The translations under genes and the position numbers were made by a program. From Candidatus Falkowbacteria bacterium (GTDB lineage: Bacteria; Patescibacteriota; Patescibacteriia; Patescibacteriales; UBA12075): a stretch of 59,217 nt of DNA. Shown here piece by piece: positions 45,011-54,857 of the stretch (its first letter is position 1; each line of letters begins with the position of its first letter). The notes beneath the pieces were generated by a model. It saw nothing but the letters and a program-made list of their open reading frames with translations. It was not told the origin of the DNA and did not search any database. The stretch covers positions 1 to 59,217 of the forward strand of contig JAZDLN010000021.1 of assembly GCA_043801965.1 (NCBI GenBank). The letters run 5' to 3'.

Positions 45011-46267
45011 TTACGGAATTAAGGATGAGAACCATTTCTTTACTTTCTCGATCGATTTATTGACGGCTGTCCGGCTGGCGGAAAAACCTCCTCCGGCGGC
45101 AATAGCTTCGTTTCCCCAGACGACCAGTCCCAGGGCGTTTAAAAATTCCGTTTCATTGGCTTTATCGATCACGGTCGCGACATTTATGTTCGTGCCCAGG
45201 GAAACAGGCAATTTAAGTTCTCTTTTGGCGACTTCAACCATATCCGCGAGCCGGATGCCGCCGCCGATCAGGAATACCCCGCCGGGAAGCATGCCGGAAC
45301 GCTCGATCGATTTGAATTCGTTGTCCACCTTATTAAATATCTCTTCGACCCGCGCTTCTATTATCTCGGCCAGATAACGGCGCGAAACCGTGGAAAGTTC
45401 GCCTTCGGCGTTCTCTTCTTTTGCCAGATCGCTGATGTCGATCTCGTCTTTTTTATTTATTTGTTCCGGCCGGGCGCAACCGTATTCGTTCTTTATCCTT
45501 TCGGCCAGATTTATCGGGCATCTAAGACCGATCGCGATGTCGGCAGTAATGTGTTCCGAGCCTATCGGTATGACGGCCGTATGCAGAAGCTCCCCTTCCT
45601 CAAAAACGGCCAGACTCGTGGTCGAGGCGCCGATATTGACCAGGGCCGCGCCCAGTTCTTTCTGTTTCGTACCGATTACGGCTTCAGCGGCCGCCAAAGG
45701 CGATGAAACCAGATCTTCGATATCAAGTCCTGTCCGGAATATCGCTTTAGTGAGATTTTTTATCTGGCTCGAAAGCCCCTGGATAACCAGTGTCTCCACC
45801 TCAAGCCTTATGCCGGTCATGCCGATCGGGTCTTTTATGTCCTCCTGGCTGTCCACCGTGAATTTTACGGGGATCACGTGGAGAATTTCGTAATTAGGGG
45901 GAACTGACATGGCCCGGGCGGCTTCCAGGGCGCGCTCGACGTCATCCTGGTTGATCTCGCCGTCGCTCCGGCCTACGGCCACGACACCCCGGCTTTTCTC
46001 GCATTTTATGTGCGGACTGTTGATGCTAACCCAAACCGTTTCCACGGGAAGCCCGACGAGTCTTTCCGCTTTTTCGAGGCAAGCCGAAATAGAAGAGGTC
46101 ACGTCTTCTATACTTTTTACGGCTCCCCGATTGATCCCTTCAGATGGCACGCTGACCGCGCCGATTATCTGCAGGGACTCCTTCGATCCTCCGCCTTTCC
46201 TGTGTCCGATAACGAGCCTTACGGCGGTCGAACCGATATCAAGCCCGGCGATGATATTCTCTTTCAT
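45011..46267 (-). CDS. ftsA: Cell division protein FtsA
   Basis: Actin-fold motifs GLDIGSTAV, VNIGASTTSLAVF and GGVFLIGGG. It lies immediately upstream of ftsZ. Confidence 0.95.
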   Translation of the reverse strand: MKENIIAGLDIGSTAVRLVIGHRKGGGSKESLQIIGAVSVPSEGINRGAVKSIEDVTSSISACLEKAERLVGLPVETVWVSINSPHIKCEKSRGVVAVGRSDGEINQDDVERALEAARAMSVPPNYEILHVIPVKFTVDSQEDIKDPIGMTGIRLEVETLVIQGLSSQIKNLTKAIFRTGLDIEDLVSSPLAAAEAVIGTKQKELGAALVNIGASTTSLAVFEEGELLHTAVIPIGSEHITADIAIGLRCPINLAERIKNEYGCARPEQINKKDEIDISDLAKEENAEGELSTVSRRYLAEIIEARVEEIFNKVDNEFKSIERSGMLPGGVFLIGGGIRLADMVEVAKRELKLPVSLGTNINVATVIDKANETEFLNALGLVVWGNEAIAAGGGFSASRTAVNKSIEKVKKWFSSLIP

Positions 46268-46296
46268 ATCTTTAGAAATTAGGCCTTTGACAAGTT

Positions 46297-46390
46297 TTGT
46301 TTTTTCGTGATATTTCGCAATTTTCGTCTTTGCTTCCTTAAAACCGTAAACACGAAACTAACGAATACTCACGAATTTTAACGAAAAACT
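46297..46390. repeat. ACGAA-phased repeat, copy C
   Basis: The core is AAACACGAAACTAACGAATACTCACGAATTTTAACGAAAAA (46348-46388). The complementary TTTCGTGA/TTTCGC/TTTCGT arm lies upstream. Confidence 0.7.
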
Positions 46391-46436
46391 CAAATTCCTT
46401 TATCGTTAATTAATTATAGCATTTATGCTGAAAATT

Positions 46437-46805
46437 TCAAATAAAAAATGGCCGTATATAAGGAAAAAAAATAATTAAACCGATAATTATCGCCACCATC
46501 GAGGAAAGCATAACCGCCGCAGCCATAATATCCTTTATTTCTTTAACGTAGCTGTTTATCCTTGGTTTAAGCACGTCGGTAATCCTTTCTACGGCGCTAT
46601 TGGCGATTTCCATGAGTATGACCAGGCCGATAGTAAAAACCAGGAAGCACCACTCAAGACGGCTGATACCGAAAAAAACGGCCAAAATCACGGCCAGAAG
46701 AGCTATACCGGTCTGAAGTTTAAGATTCTGCTCCTCCTTAAAGGTTTTTACAAGTCCCTGGAAAGCGTATTTAAAGCTTTTGGCCAGACGTTTTATATTT
46801 ATCAT
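46437..46805 (-). CDS. dgkA: Diacylglycerol/undecaprenol kinase (DgkA family)
   Basis: 122 aa, 3 TM helices, conserved EIANSAVERITD motif. It overlaps ybeY by 4 nt (ATGA). Confidence 0.85.
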   Translation of the reverse strand: MINIKRLAKSFKYAFQGLVKTFKEEQNLKLQTGIALLAVILAVFFGISRLEWCFLVFTIGLVILMEIANSAVERITDVLKPRINSYVKEIKDIMAAAVMLSSMVAIIIGLIIFFPYIRPFFI

Positions 46806-47212
46806 ACTCGTAATTTTTTAATGAATTTTTCACCCAAAGCGATCATTTCCGCCCTGCCCCCCGCCGTTACATCATCATATCCCAATAAATGCAACAAAGC
46901 ATGCACCAGGATAAAGACCAGCTCCTCTTTCGAATTGGGAGAGAATTTCTTCGCCTGCCTTTTTATCTGAGCGTAATCGATTATGATCTCCCCGAGATCA
47001 TTGCCTTCTCCGGAAAAAGCCAGAACATCGGTAACTTTGTCCTTTTTGCGGTATTCTCCGTTTAGCCTTCTCATTACGATATCGCCGACGAAAGCGATCG
47101 ACAACTCCCGATCACAGAGTCCGTTCTGCCTTAAGAATTTGTCCGTTACCCTTCTAACCAATTCAAAATCTATCTTACTCCGGGTCCGATTGTTGATTTC
47201 TATTATATTCAT
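46802..47212 (-). CDS. ybeY: rRNA maturation endoribonuclease YbeY
   Basis: HALLHLLGYDD zinc-binding motif. 136 aa. Confidence 0.9.
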   Translation of the reverse strand: MNIIEINNRTRSKIDFELVRRVTDKFLRQNGLCDRELSIAFVGDIVMRRLNGEYRKKDKVTDVLAFSGEGNDLGEIIIDYAQIKRQAKKFSPNSKEELVFILVHALLHLLGYDDVTAGGRAEMIALGEKFIKKLRV

Positions 47213-47213
47213 C

Positions 47214-48263
47214 CTATTCGATAATTTCGAGTGAATTCATCATCATGTCGAAAATACGGCCATAGTGGGAAGTGTTGTCCGCGCCGACATTATAATTCAA
47301 AGTAAAAATATTCTTCCCGTCAGCCGGAAGAAGATAGGTCGTAAGCCCATTTTCGCCCTTGATCCCCCGCCAGCCCTTCTTATATATCTTCTGGCTGCTC
47401 TTGACGCTTTCTACCTCGAATTGCTTCACGTACCAATCTTCGATCGTGGCATATCCGCTGTTAGGCTGGATGATCACCTGGAAAAACTGGCCGTTGTCAG
47501 CTTTTATCATGATCGAATCTTCGGCTCCGACCGAAATAAGCTCCCATGTTTCCGGATAAAACAGTTTATACTGGTATTTGCTGTTTATGTATCTTTCGAT
47601 GCTTGCGTTAATAACTAAGAGCCCGGTACTGGCTGGGTTATACAGGTTCAATAATTCTGGAAGATCGCCGTATCCGTCGCCATCGCTATCGCCGGAGTCC
47701 TTATTTGTCCCCAAAAGGACTTCTTCAATATCGGACAAACCGTCATAATCGCCGTCTGGAGCGGCCTTTATTTCTATTGCTACTGCCGGAACAGGCGTTT
47801 CGATTTCAGAGGAGGAGGTGGCGGTTTCCGGAGACGGGGTAGAGGGAGCGGCGGCGGTAGAAGAGGAAAAATCCTCTTTCGCTTCAATAAAGGAAGGCTC
47901 AGCCGCGACTGGCGGATTATAGTCTGTATTATTTTCGTTCCCGGCGTTATTCCCGCCGATCGTTTCCGCCGGCACATTGTTCGCGCCGATACTATCTGTG
48001 GCGTTGTTTAGAACGCCGGTATCCGCCGGATCGGGCGCGTTCCCGTTCTTGGGGGTCATCGAAAAATAAAAATAAGCGGCCGCGAATATAGCCAAAAGCA
48101 ATACCGCCCCTATCGATAATATCAGGATGCCGGTAAATTTACTTTTCTGCGCCGCCGGCTTTTCGAAAAAAAATCTTTCCGGCATGGTATGTATGGTCAC
48201 CTGACCTCCGGTCTGGCCGCCTAAGGGCTTAATCAGGTTATCCGGTTTTTTGTTCATATCCAT
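47214..48263 (-). CDS. Membrane-anchored extracytoplasmic protein with TSP3-like Ca-binding repeats
   Basis: 349 aa. TM anchor, low-complexity linker, DGDYDGLSDIEE and DSDGDGYGDLPE motifs, and a C-terminal globular domain. Its stop lies 1 nt from the ybeY start. Confidence 0.65.
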   Translation of the reverse strand: MDMNKKPDNLIKPLGGQTGGQVTIHTMPERFFFEKPAAQKSKFTGILILSIGAVLLLAIFAAAYFYFSMTPKNGNAPDPADTGVLNNATDSIGANNVPAETIGGNNAGNENNTDYNPPVAAEPSFIEAKEDFSSSTAAAPSTPSPETATSSSEIETPVPAVAIEIKAAPDGDYDGLSDIEEVLLGTNKDSGDSDGDGYGDLPELLNLYNPASTGLLVINASIERYINSKYQYKLFYPETWELISVGAEDSIMIKADNGQFFQVIIQPNSGYATIEDWYVKQFEVESVKSSQKIYKKGWRGIKGENGLTTYLLPADGKNIFTLNYNVGADNTSHYGRIFDMMMNSLEIIE

Positions 48264-48331
48264 ATTAGATGCTTCTTTGGATGCTTTACGAGACTATGCC
48301 CTCCGTAAATACTTCCAAAAACTGATGATTT

Positions 48332-49099
48332 CTAATTCATGTCGTACAATTTTCCCGCTCCCTTGGGATTAAAACCTTTATCTACCTCCCCGCCGTCAGT
48401 ATAACTGTCTCCATCGGTATCAGGATTTAAAGGGTCGGTCATGTAAACCCTAACCTCTTCGCGGTCAAAAAGTCCGTCGCTATCGCTGTCCGCGCTGGCC
48501 GTATCCGTGCCCAAGGCCTCTTCTTCCGCGTCAGTTAACCCGTCCTGGTCGGTATCAATATCCGGGTTATTTTCCGTGTCCCTGGCAGTGTCAGTAAACT
48601 GAGGAACTTCGCCCTCCGGCGCCGTATTATCCGGCACTGGAATCTCGTCGTTATTTACCGGGATCACGATATCATCCTCGGTTCCTGCCGGAAAAACATC
48701 ATTTTCGATGGGTTCGGCCGCTGGTAAGTTATCCGCCGTATCGAATAAAAGCCCGAAACTCAGATAACCGCCCCCGGCTATCGCGATAAAGGCGATGATC
48801 AGGGCCGACAAAAGCAAAAGCTTCTTTGGGGCGTGCTTATCGGCGGAATTGGCGTCGTCATGGCCGTAATTTTCAAGTAAGGCCGGACTTGTCCTGGGTT
48901 GGAAAATCGCCGGTTTGACCTTCGGAGCCAGCAAGGCCGCGCCGGCTTTATCCGTGTCAGCAAAAATATCCTCTACTGTCCGGCCGGGCATAAGCGGTTT
49001 TTTATCCTTATCGTTATTTTCCGCTTCTTTGCCGGCTGGCTGTTTTTGGGCAGCGGAAAGATTATTACTCTGATCACTCGAGGCGATATTATCGAACAT
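48332..49099 (-). CDS. Membrane-anchored protein with TSP3-like Ca-binding repeats
   Basis: 255 aa. Central TM helix and DTDQDGLTDAEE, DSDSDGLFDREE and DTDGDSYTDGGE motifs. Confidence 0.65.
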   Translation of the reverse strand: MFDNIASSDQSNNLSAAQKQPAGKEAENNDKDKKPLMPGRTVEDIFADTDKAGAALLAPKVKPAIFQPRTSPALLENYGHDDANSADKHAPKKLLLLSALIIAFIAIAGGGYLSFGLLFDTADNLPAAEPIENDVFPAGTEDDIVIPVNNDEIPVPDNTAPEGEVPQFTDTARDTENNPDIDTDQDGLTDAEEEALGTDTASADSDSDGLFDREEVRVYMTDPLNPDTDGDSYTDGGEVDKGFNPKGAGKLYDMN

Positions 49100-49256
49100 A
49101 AAATTTCAAGAAATAACAAAATGCAGTAGACAGCATGTAGAATCACTACTGTATTTAAAATATTTCTTTTTAAAAAATAATCTCAATATTTCGATATTGG
49201 TTATCGAAAATTTCGTCTTTTAACCGAAATATCCGATAATCAAGATCGAATGCCTG

Positions 49257-52200
49257 TTAATTGGGCATTACCATAACCTCATTCGAGTACCCGCTTTCGT
49301 TGCCGGCATCATCGCTCCCCGTTATCGCGAAATAATAATTAGTGCCGACCGTCAATCCGGATATTATAATTTCCTCGTCCAGCCCGATATCCTCCGCGTT
49401 GCCGTAGCAAGCCGGAGGAGTAGCTCCGGCGCAACCCGAACCGCTCCGGAAATAAACCGTATAATCAGTTACATTTCCCGTTGTATCGGGATTCCAGCTT
49501 AAACGGGCCTCCCCGCTACCGGCGGTACCGGTAAGTCCCGTGGGGGCTAGTGGCGCGGTCACGTCTCTCGGAATGACCGGTCCGAATTCGCCGTTCATCC
49601 CGCTTTCCGCTCCCGCGGCGTTATAGGACGTGATATTGAAATAATAAGGAATATCGTCAGTTAAACCGGTTATATTATAGCTTAAAATATTGCCGGCATC
49701 AACATTGCTGCCGTAAAAACCCGGAGACGTTCCCCAGTAAAGGCGGTAACCGCTGGCACCGGCTACCGGCGGATTCCAGGTCGCGGTTACGCTTCCGCCC
49801 GTGCCGCTATTGGTCACGTTAAGCGTGGTCGACGATACCGGCGCCGCTTCCCGGAAAAAATAATATTCCTTAAGGAGACCGGGGAGGTTTTCGCCGACAA
49901 TCACGCGATCATAGGTTATGGCGGGCAGATCGTCGAAAGTTCCGGCCTGACCCTGGTCACGGCAATAATATATCTCGTAATTATAACTATTGGCGCAGCC
50001 GCCCGCCGTCTGCGTGCAATTCCCGGCCGCGTCCTGCCAGGGCGCCCACAATCCCCCGATCACCGGAGGCCAGGGATTTTCGCAGACAAACACATAAACG
50101 TCAGCGCTGCCGGGATAAACAGTGCCAGCGGGAGAAGTCGGTATAACGCTCGAACCGATTATGGCCCGGGCGGAAAGAAGGGTGTAGCCATCGGTCGTTT
50201 GAGCGTCGGCTACTACCAATTTCTTGTCTTCTCCTCCAACCGGGAACGGACCCGGGGCCGCGATATCGGCTACCTGGGGCGCTCCTGATGTCCAGGTCCA
50301 GGTCCAGTCGTAAAGACCGGGTATTGCCCCCAAAACCTGGCCGTCGCGGCTTAGCGGATAAGCCGTAAAAACCTTATCGGCGTCCGTGATCTTATCGAAA
50401 GTCGGATCCGCCGGGTTCGTATCGTTTTCATTGTTAATATCGTTACGGGTGGTTTGAAAAAGATAAGATTCCGGCCTGACGTCAACCCGGTTAAGTTCGC
50501 AAACGCCGTTATTTGAGGACTGCTCGGTCAAAGTACGGAATGACCAAACGTGAGAATTGCTGTAAGTTATGCCGTTAAAGGTCAAAGCCAGGCCGCCGTT
50601 AAAGCCTACTCCCCAGGCGGAAAGGACGCCATGGTTCGAATCAAGATTCTCGTCTCCTTTCACGATCACGTAATAAAGCCTGTTCCCGTCTAAAAGCGAA
50701 GACGGCGTGAAGGTCAGGGTCGTTTGCCCGCTTAAAGTCGAACCGCCGGTACTTCCAGTAACGGCGCAATAATTACGGCTAGCGGCCGGAGGCGTATAGG
50801 CTTCCGCCAGGAAAGAAGGCAGGATCGTTTCCATCGTCCGATACAGGAGCCATCCCATCTTACTATAGATACGGGTCGCTAAACGGCTCCGGTCGTTTAC
50901 GTGGATATCGCTTGCCAGGTATTCCGTGCCGGCCGGACAATTAGCGTCCATATAATCCCCTACCACGATGACATTCCCGGAAAAACTCGCGACTGACATC
51001 GGCTGGTTGAAAGTCACGGAAAAAACCGCGTTGCGGCAGATGTTGACCGCGTCATCGGCCGGCATCTCCGAATTAGGCACGATGGTGGGCCGGGCCCGGC
51101 AGCAGGTATCGACCCCGCAACCGACGTTGACGGGAGGGATGCCCGTCAAAGAACAATCAAGATCGGTCTCGCAGCCGCAGCAAAGTCCCCGGCTCCCGCC
51201 GGTACAAGGCGATTTATCGGCCTGGCAATCAAGACCAAGGGGATCGCAATCCGCGCTGCCCGGATCGCAGCAGCAGACACCGCAGGTATCGGGATTTCCC
51301 GATACGTTAAAGGGCGTCGGCGCGGAACCGTCTTCGTTTATGCAGCCGAAAGGCGCCGGACAAACGGCAGTATCGCAGGTGTTCGTGGCCACCTGATAAG
51401 CGCAGCTTAAACCCAGTCCATTAGCCGGATTATTCATCAAACAGCCGGCGACACAGCTCACTTCATCACGGTAATCGCCGTCAATAACCGCGTTAGCCGC
51501 GCCGGTATTACAGGTATCGTTATTGGGTACCGGCAAGCAATTCCAGTAAGGACAGGAACCGCCCAGGATCGTTCCGTCGCCGCCGCGGCATATATCGATA
51601 TTATCCTTTTCGTCAAAACAGCAGCTGCCCACGCCGATATTAAGGCAATCGGCCGCGCCCGCTAAACCGGTGCAGTCCCGGCAAACTCCGTCAGGGTAGC
51701 CAGGATCGGCCGTATCGCAGAACTTTCCGCTCGTGCCGGTGCAGTTGCAGGCGTCATTGTGTTCCGCCTGGGTCGTGCCCGCCAAAGCGCAGCCGGAACA
51801 TTCCCCGAAGCTGCCGCCCGAACCGCAGCTGCCGGTGCATTCGAGGGGCACGCAGCAATCACGGGCGTCCTGGCCTATTTCACAACAGCATTCGCAGGCA
51901 GGCGTAGAGGTCAGTTCGCACCGGTTAGCCGCGCAGGCGGCGCCGGGAGGGCAGATATCCGCCGCTATGGCGCATGCCCCCTCGTCAGCGGGAGCCGCTA
52001 AATCGTCAAGGCATTCAAAGCCGTTCGCGCAGGCCAAGCAAGGTAAATTCGGATTCACGCAAACATTACCCGGCGGGATCTTGATCCACCCCGGAGTTGA
52101 AGTCGGACAGCTTAAGTTGGTTCGCAAATGCCAGCTGGCGGCGCCGCTATAATCGGCGCAATAGGATTGCGCGGGATTATTCAGGATATCGTAAAAAACC

Positions 52201-54731
52201 GGCGACAGGTCGCAATTCGATCCGTTGACGCACCGGTCGATGACACTATTATAAGAACAGGCTCCGCCGGCACAAGCCGGGGAAACGCTTGAGCAGCTCG
52301 AATCGCACGTTCCTACGATTTCCGTCGCGCCGCCGGGATCGGTCGAACACTGGCCGGGAGAATTCGGACAGAACCTCGAATTTAGGCACTGGTCCATGCT
52401 GTAACCGGAACATGACTCTAAAGCGGCCGCCGTCTGGCAAGTGCAGTGGGTCGGACTCGACGGATCGTTATCGCAATACAAGCCGATCTGACAAGGACCG
52501 TAGATCGGATTGCAGCCGGGGGTTGAAAGCGCGTCCACGTAGCAGGGATCTCCTAATCCTCCGGGAATCGTGCTCGTGCCCGTTTCGCTCGTGAAATCCC
52601 ATTCGTAAACAGAACTGGTTATCCGATTATAGCAATCTTCGATAGTGACAAAGCCGTCGCCGTTTCCGCCCATAGCCGCCGCGTCCGCGGCGCAGCGCCC
52701 CGCCCGAAAAGTGCCTGAGGGGCAACAAACTCCGCCGCAAGCGGCGTCGGGATCCGGCGCGTTCGTGCATAGTCCGACCGTAAAGTCAATGCTGTTTCCG
52801 ATACTTCCGCTCTGTTCGACCGATACGGGACCGGTCACGGCCAGCTGATGAACCGTCGTCACTATGGCGTCAGCGTTCGGATCCGGATTATCCTGCCAGG
52901 AAGCATGGACAGTCTGGCCGTGGTTCAGGTGGAACCAGACGGTATCGTCCGCCGCGCCGAAATATTCGCCGTATAAGGAGACCGGGCTGTTATTGGGGCC
53001 CATGATCGGCGTGATCCGGCAAATACTCGGTGCCGGAGCGCCGGCGGTAACACTGAATTGGGCGGGATTTAAGGTTCCGGTGTCGATCTGCGGCCAGGAA
53101 CCGATATCCATGAATATGGTATGATTGCCGCTTATCCCGTCCGGAACCTTGACTATCACCCGGTGATCGGTCCAGACGCCGTCCGCGCAATCGTCGGGAA
53201 AATCATAATCGGCTTCCGTGGCGCCGAAAGAAACGCTTGATCCGCCGCGCGCCGAGCCGAAACCGCCGCCATAGATCGTTACGTATTGTCCCGGCGGGCC
53301 GGAGGCAGGCTCGAAACCCGTTATATACGGACCGGTTACGGTCAGCGTTGAAACCCGGAAATTAAGATAATTGCTCGGATGGGTCGAAGAGGCGAAAGTT
53401 GTCGTATTGCCGGCGCGCATATCCGGCACTCCGGCGGTGCCGAATCTGCCCTGCGGATCGGTAAATAAAGGATTTAAAGCCGTTATATTAGTCGTATAAT
53501 TCCCGAAATAAGTCCGGGTGCCGTTAGGCAGGTTTATGCCCTGATAAGTGATGATATCCTGATAATAGCCGGTGGTGGTTGAGAGCTGGCACAAACCCGG
53601 CCGGACCGTATTATTGACGGTAAAGCCGGGGTCAATAACCGGCCCGCGGGCATTATCCGTCGTGTCTTCTTCCGTATCAGACGATCTTACGAGCCGGATG
53701 ACGTTCGCTCCCATAGGCGCTCCGGCCGGAACGACCACGATCACCTGGTTGTCGGACCAGAAAGCGGTACAGCTGGGATTGACCGTGTTTGGGAAAGGCG
53801 CCAGGACGCCGTTAAAATAAACCTCGCCGGGGGCCGCGCCGAAAAACCGGCCGCCGATCGTCACGAGATTGCCGCGCGCTCCGTCCGGCGGGCTTACCCA
53901 ATCGATCACCGGCGCGCCGATGCAGGTGCATTCCGTCGGCGAACCGACGGTATCGTCGCATCTTAAACCGCTTACGCACATCGAATCCGTGGCGTCGCAA
54001 ACGGCGGTCGCGCTGTCGCCGTCGCAGGGATCGCCGAATCCGCCCAAGGGCGAACAGGTGCAGGCGGTCGGATCGCAAAAATAAGTTCCCGGAGTAAAAA
54101 AAGTATCGCAAATCGAATCACTCGGGCTCGAGCAGGTCGGACCGGGCGTAGAATCGCAATCAACCGTGCCGCCGGGATTGCAGGGCGGGGCCTGGCAGCC
54201 GGTTATAGGACAGCAAACGTCGCCGCCGCCGCAAACGCCAGAGCAAGGCCCCCAGGTATTATCGGCCTGGCAGACCTGCGTACCGTAGCAACCGCAGCTC
54301 CGGGGCGGATCTCCCGGATTGCAGGCGTTCCCGCCGGTAGCGGAAAGAAGGCTATTTAAGACGAAACTGGCTATCGCGAAGGACATGAGTATAATAATAA
54401 GGCCGATCACGGCCGCTACCAGGGTCTTTTTCGCCTTTTCCAGCTGGGCGGCGTTGCCGTTAGAGGTCATCCAAAGCCAGCCGCCGTACATTATGAGAAC
54501 TACCGCGATAACGCCTAAAAAGCCCAGGGCGATCCTGATCACATTGGCGACTATGACGCGCGGGTCGGTATTCCCGAGGCCGGTAGCCGTCTGGACATTC
54601 CCTTCGGTTCCGCCCCAGAGCATATTATCCGCGGCGGACTGGGCAAGAGCGGAATTAGCGATAGCAAAAAAACCAACGAAAGCGAAAATCGCCAAACAAC
54701 ACAAAATAAATTTTCTATATTTTTTTACCAT
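49257..54731 (-). CDS. Giant (1824 aa) Cys-rich surface protein: VirB2/TrbC-like pilin membrane module + IPT/TIG + SbsA-type Ig-like + 2x FN3
   Basis: The N-terminal ~135 aa (54327-54731) is a long leader, then NMLWGGTEGNVQ..TDPR, and two hydrophobic helices flanking GWLWMTSNG..KAKKTL. IPT-like repeats follow (VSPPDGARGNLVTIGGRFFG, FEPASGPPGQYVTIYGGGFG). There are very Cys-dense stretches. Two FN3 domains sit at the C-terminus (YRLYWGTSPG..YYFNITSYNAAG and YTVYF..YYFAITGSDDAGNES). Confidence 0.8.
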   Translation of the reverse strand: MVKKYRKFILCCLAIFAFVGFFAIANSALAQSAADNMLWGGTEGNVQTATGLGNTDPRVIVANVIRIALGFLGVIAVVLIMYGGWLWMTSNGNAAQLEKAKKTLVAAVIGLIIILMSFAIASFVLNSLLSATGGNACNPGDPPRSCGCYGTQVCQADNTWGPCSGVCGGGDVCCPITGCQAPPCNPGGTVDCDSTPGPTCSSPSDSICDTFFTPGTYFCDPTACTCSPLGGFGDPCDGDSATAVCDATDSMCVSGLRCDDTVGSPTECTCIGAPVIDWVSPPDGARGNLVTIGGRFFGAAPGEVYFNGVLAPFPNTVNPSCTAFWSDNQVIVVVPAGAPMGANVIRLVRSSDTEEDTTDNARGPVIDPGFTVNNTVRPGLCQLSTTTGYYQDIITYQGINLPNGTRTYFGNYTTNITALNPLFTDPQGRFGTAGVPDMRAGNTTTFASSTHPSNYLNFRVSTLTVTGPYITGFEPASGPPGQYVTIYGGGFGSARGGSSVSFGATEADYDFPDDCADGVWTDHRVIVKVPDGISGNHTIFMDIGSWPQIDTGTLNPAQFSVTAGAPAPSICRITPIMGPNNSPVSLYGEYFGAADDTVWFHLNHGQTVHASWQDNPDPNADAIVTTVHQLAVTGPVSVEQSGSIGNSIDFTVGLCTNAPDPDAACGGVCCPSGTFRAGRCAADAAAMGGNGDGFVTIEDCYNRITSSVYEWDFTSETGTSTIPGGLGDPCYVDALSTPGCNPIYGPCQIGLYCDNDPSSPTHCTCQTAAALESCSGYSMDQCLNSRFCPNSPGQCSTDPGGATEIVGTCDSSCSSVSPACAGGACSYNSVIDRCVNGSNCDLSPVFYDILNNPAQSYCADYSGAASWHLRTNLSCPTSTPGWIKIPPGNVCVNPNLPCLACANGFECLDDLAAPADEGACAIAADICPPGAACAANRCELTSTPACECCCEIGQDARDCCVPLECTGSCGSGGSFGECSGCALAGTTQAEHNDACNCTGTSGKFCDTADPGYPDGVCRDCTGLAGAADCLNIGVGSCCFDEKDNIDICRGGDGTILGGSCPYWNCLPVPNNDTCNTGAANAVIDGDYRDEVSCVAGCLMNNPANGLGLSCAYQVATNTCDTAVCPAPFGCINEDGSAPTPFNVSGNPDTCGVCCCDPGSADCDPLGLDCQADKSPCTGGSRGLCCGCETDLDCSLTGIPPVNVGCGVDTCCRARPTIVPNSEMPADDAVNICRNAVFSVTFNQPMSVASFSGNVIVVGDYMDANCPAGTEYLASDIHVNDRSRLATRIYSKMGWLLYRTMETILPSFLAEAYTPPAASRNYCAVTGSTGGSTLSGQTTLTFTPSSLLDGNRLYYVIVKGDENLDSNHGVLSAWGVGFNGGLALTFNGITYSNSHVWSFRTLTEQSSNNGVCELNRVDVRPESYLFQTTRNDINNENDTNPADPTFDKITDADKVFTAYPLSRDGQVLGAIPGLYDWTWTWTSGAPQVADIAAPGPFPVGGEDKKLVVADAQTTDGYTLLSARAIIGSSVIPTSPAGTVYPGSADVYVFVCENPWPPVIGGLWAPWQDAAGNCTQTAGGCANSYNYEIYYCRDQGQAGTFDDLPAITYDRVIVGENLPGLLKEYYFFREAAPVSSTTLNVTNSGTGGSVTATWNPPVAGASGYRLYWGTSPGFYGSNVDAGNILSYNITGLTDDIPYYFNITSYNAAGAESGMNGEFGPVIPRDVTAPLAPTGLTGTAGSGEARLSWNPDTTGNVTDYTVYFRSGSGCAGATPPACYGNAEDIGLDEEIIISGLTVGTNYYFAITGSDDAGNESGYSNEVMVMPN

Positions 54732-54857
54732 CTTAAAAATTGCGCTTTATCCTGAAGAATTTTTAATTTATAAATTTTTAATTTTATAAATAATTTTAAA
54801 ACAGTGAAATCCTTAAAAATTTAAATTTATTTAAAAATTCAAAAATTAAAAATTATT

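Noticed and set aside
43698-46310. Plus-strand ORFs overlapping ftsZ and ftsA (43698-44207, 43816-44265, 45060-45377, 45390-45893, 45909-46310)
   Set aside because: They are antisense to unmistakable ftsZ/ftsA coding sequence, and their translations are low-complexity.
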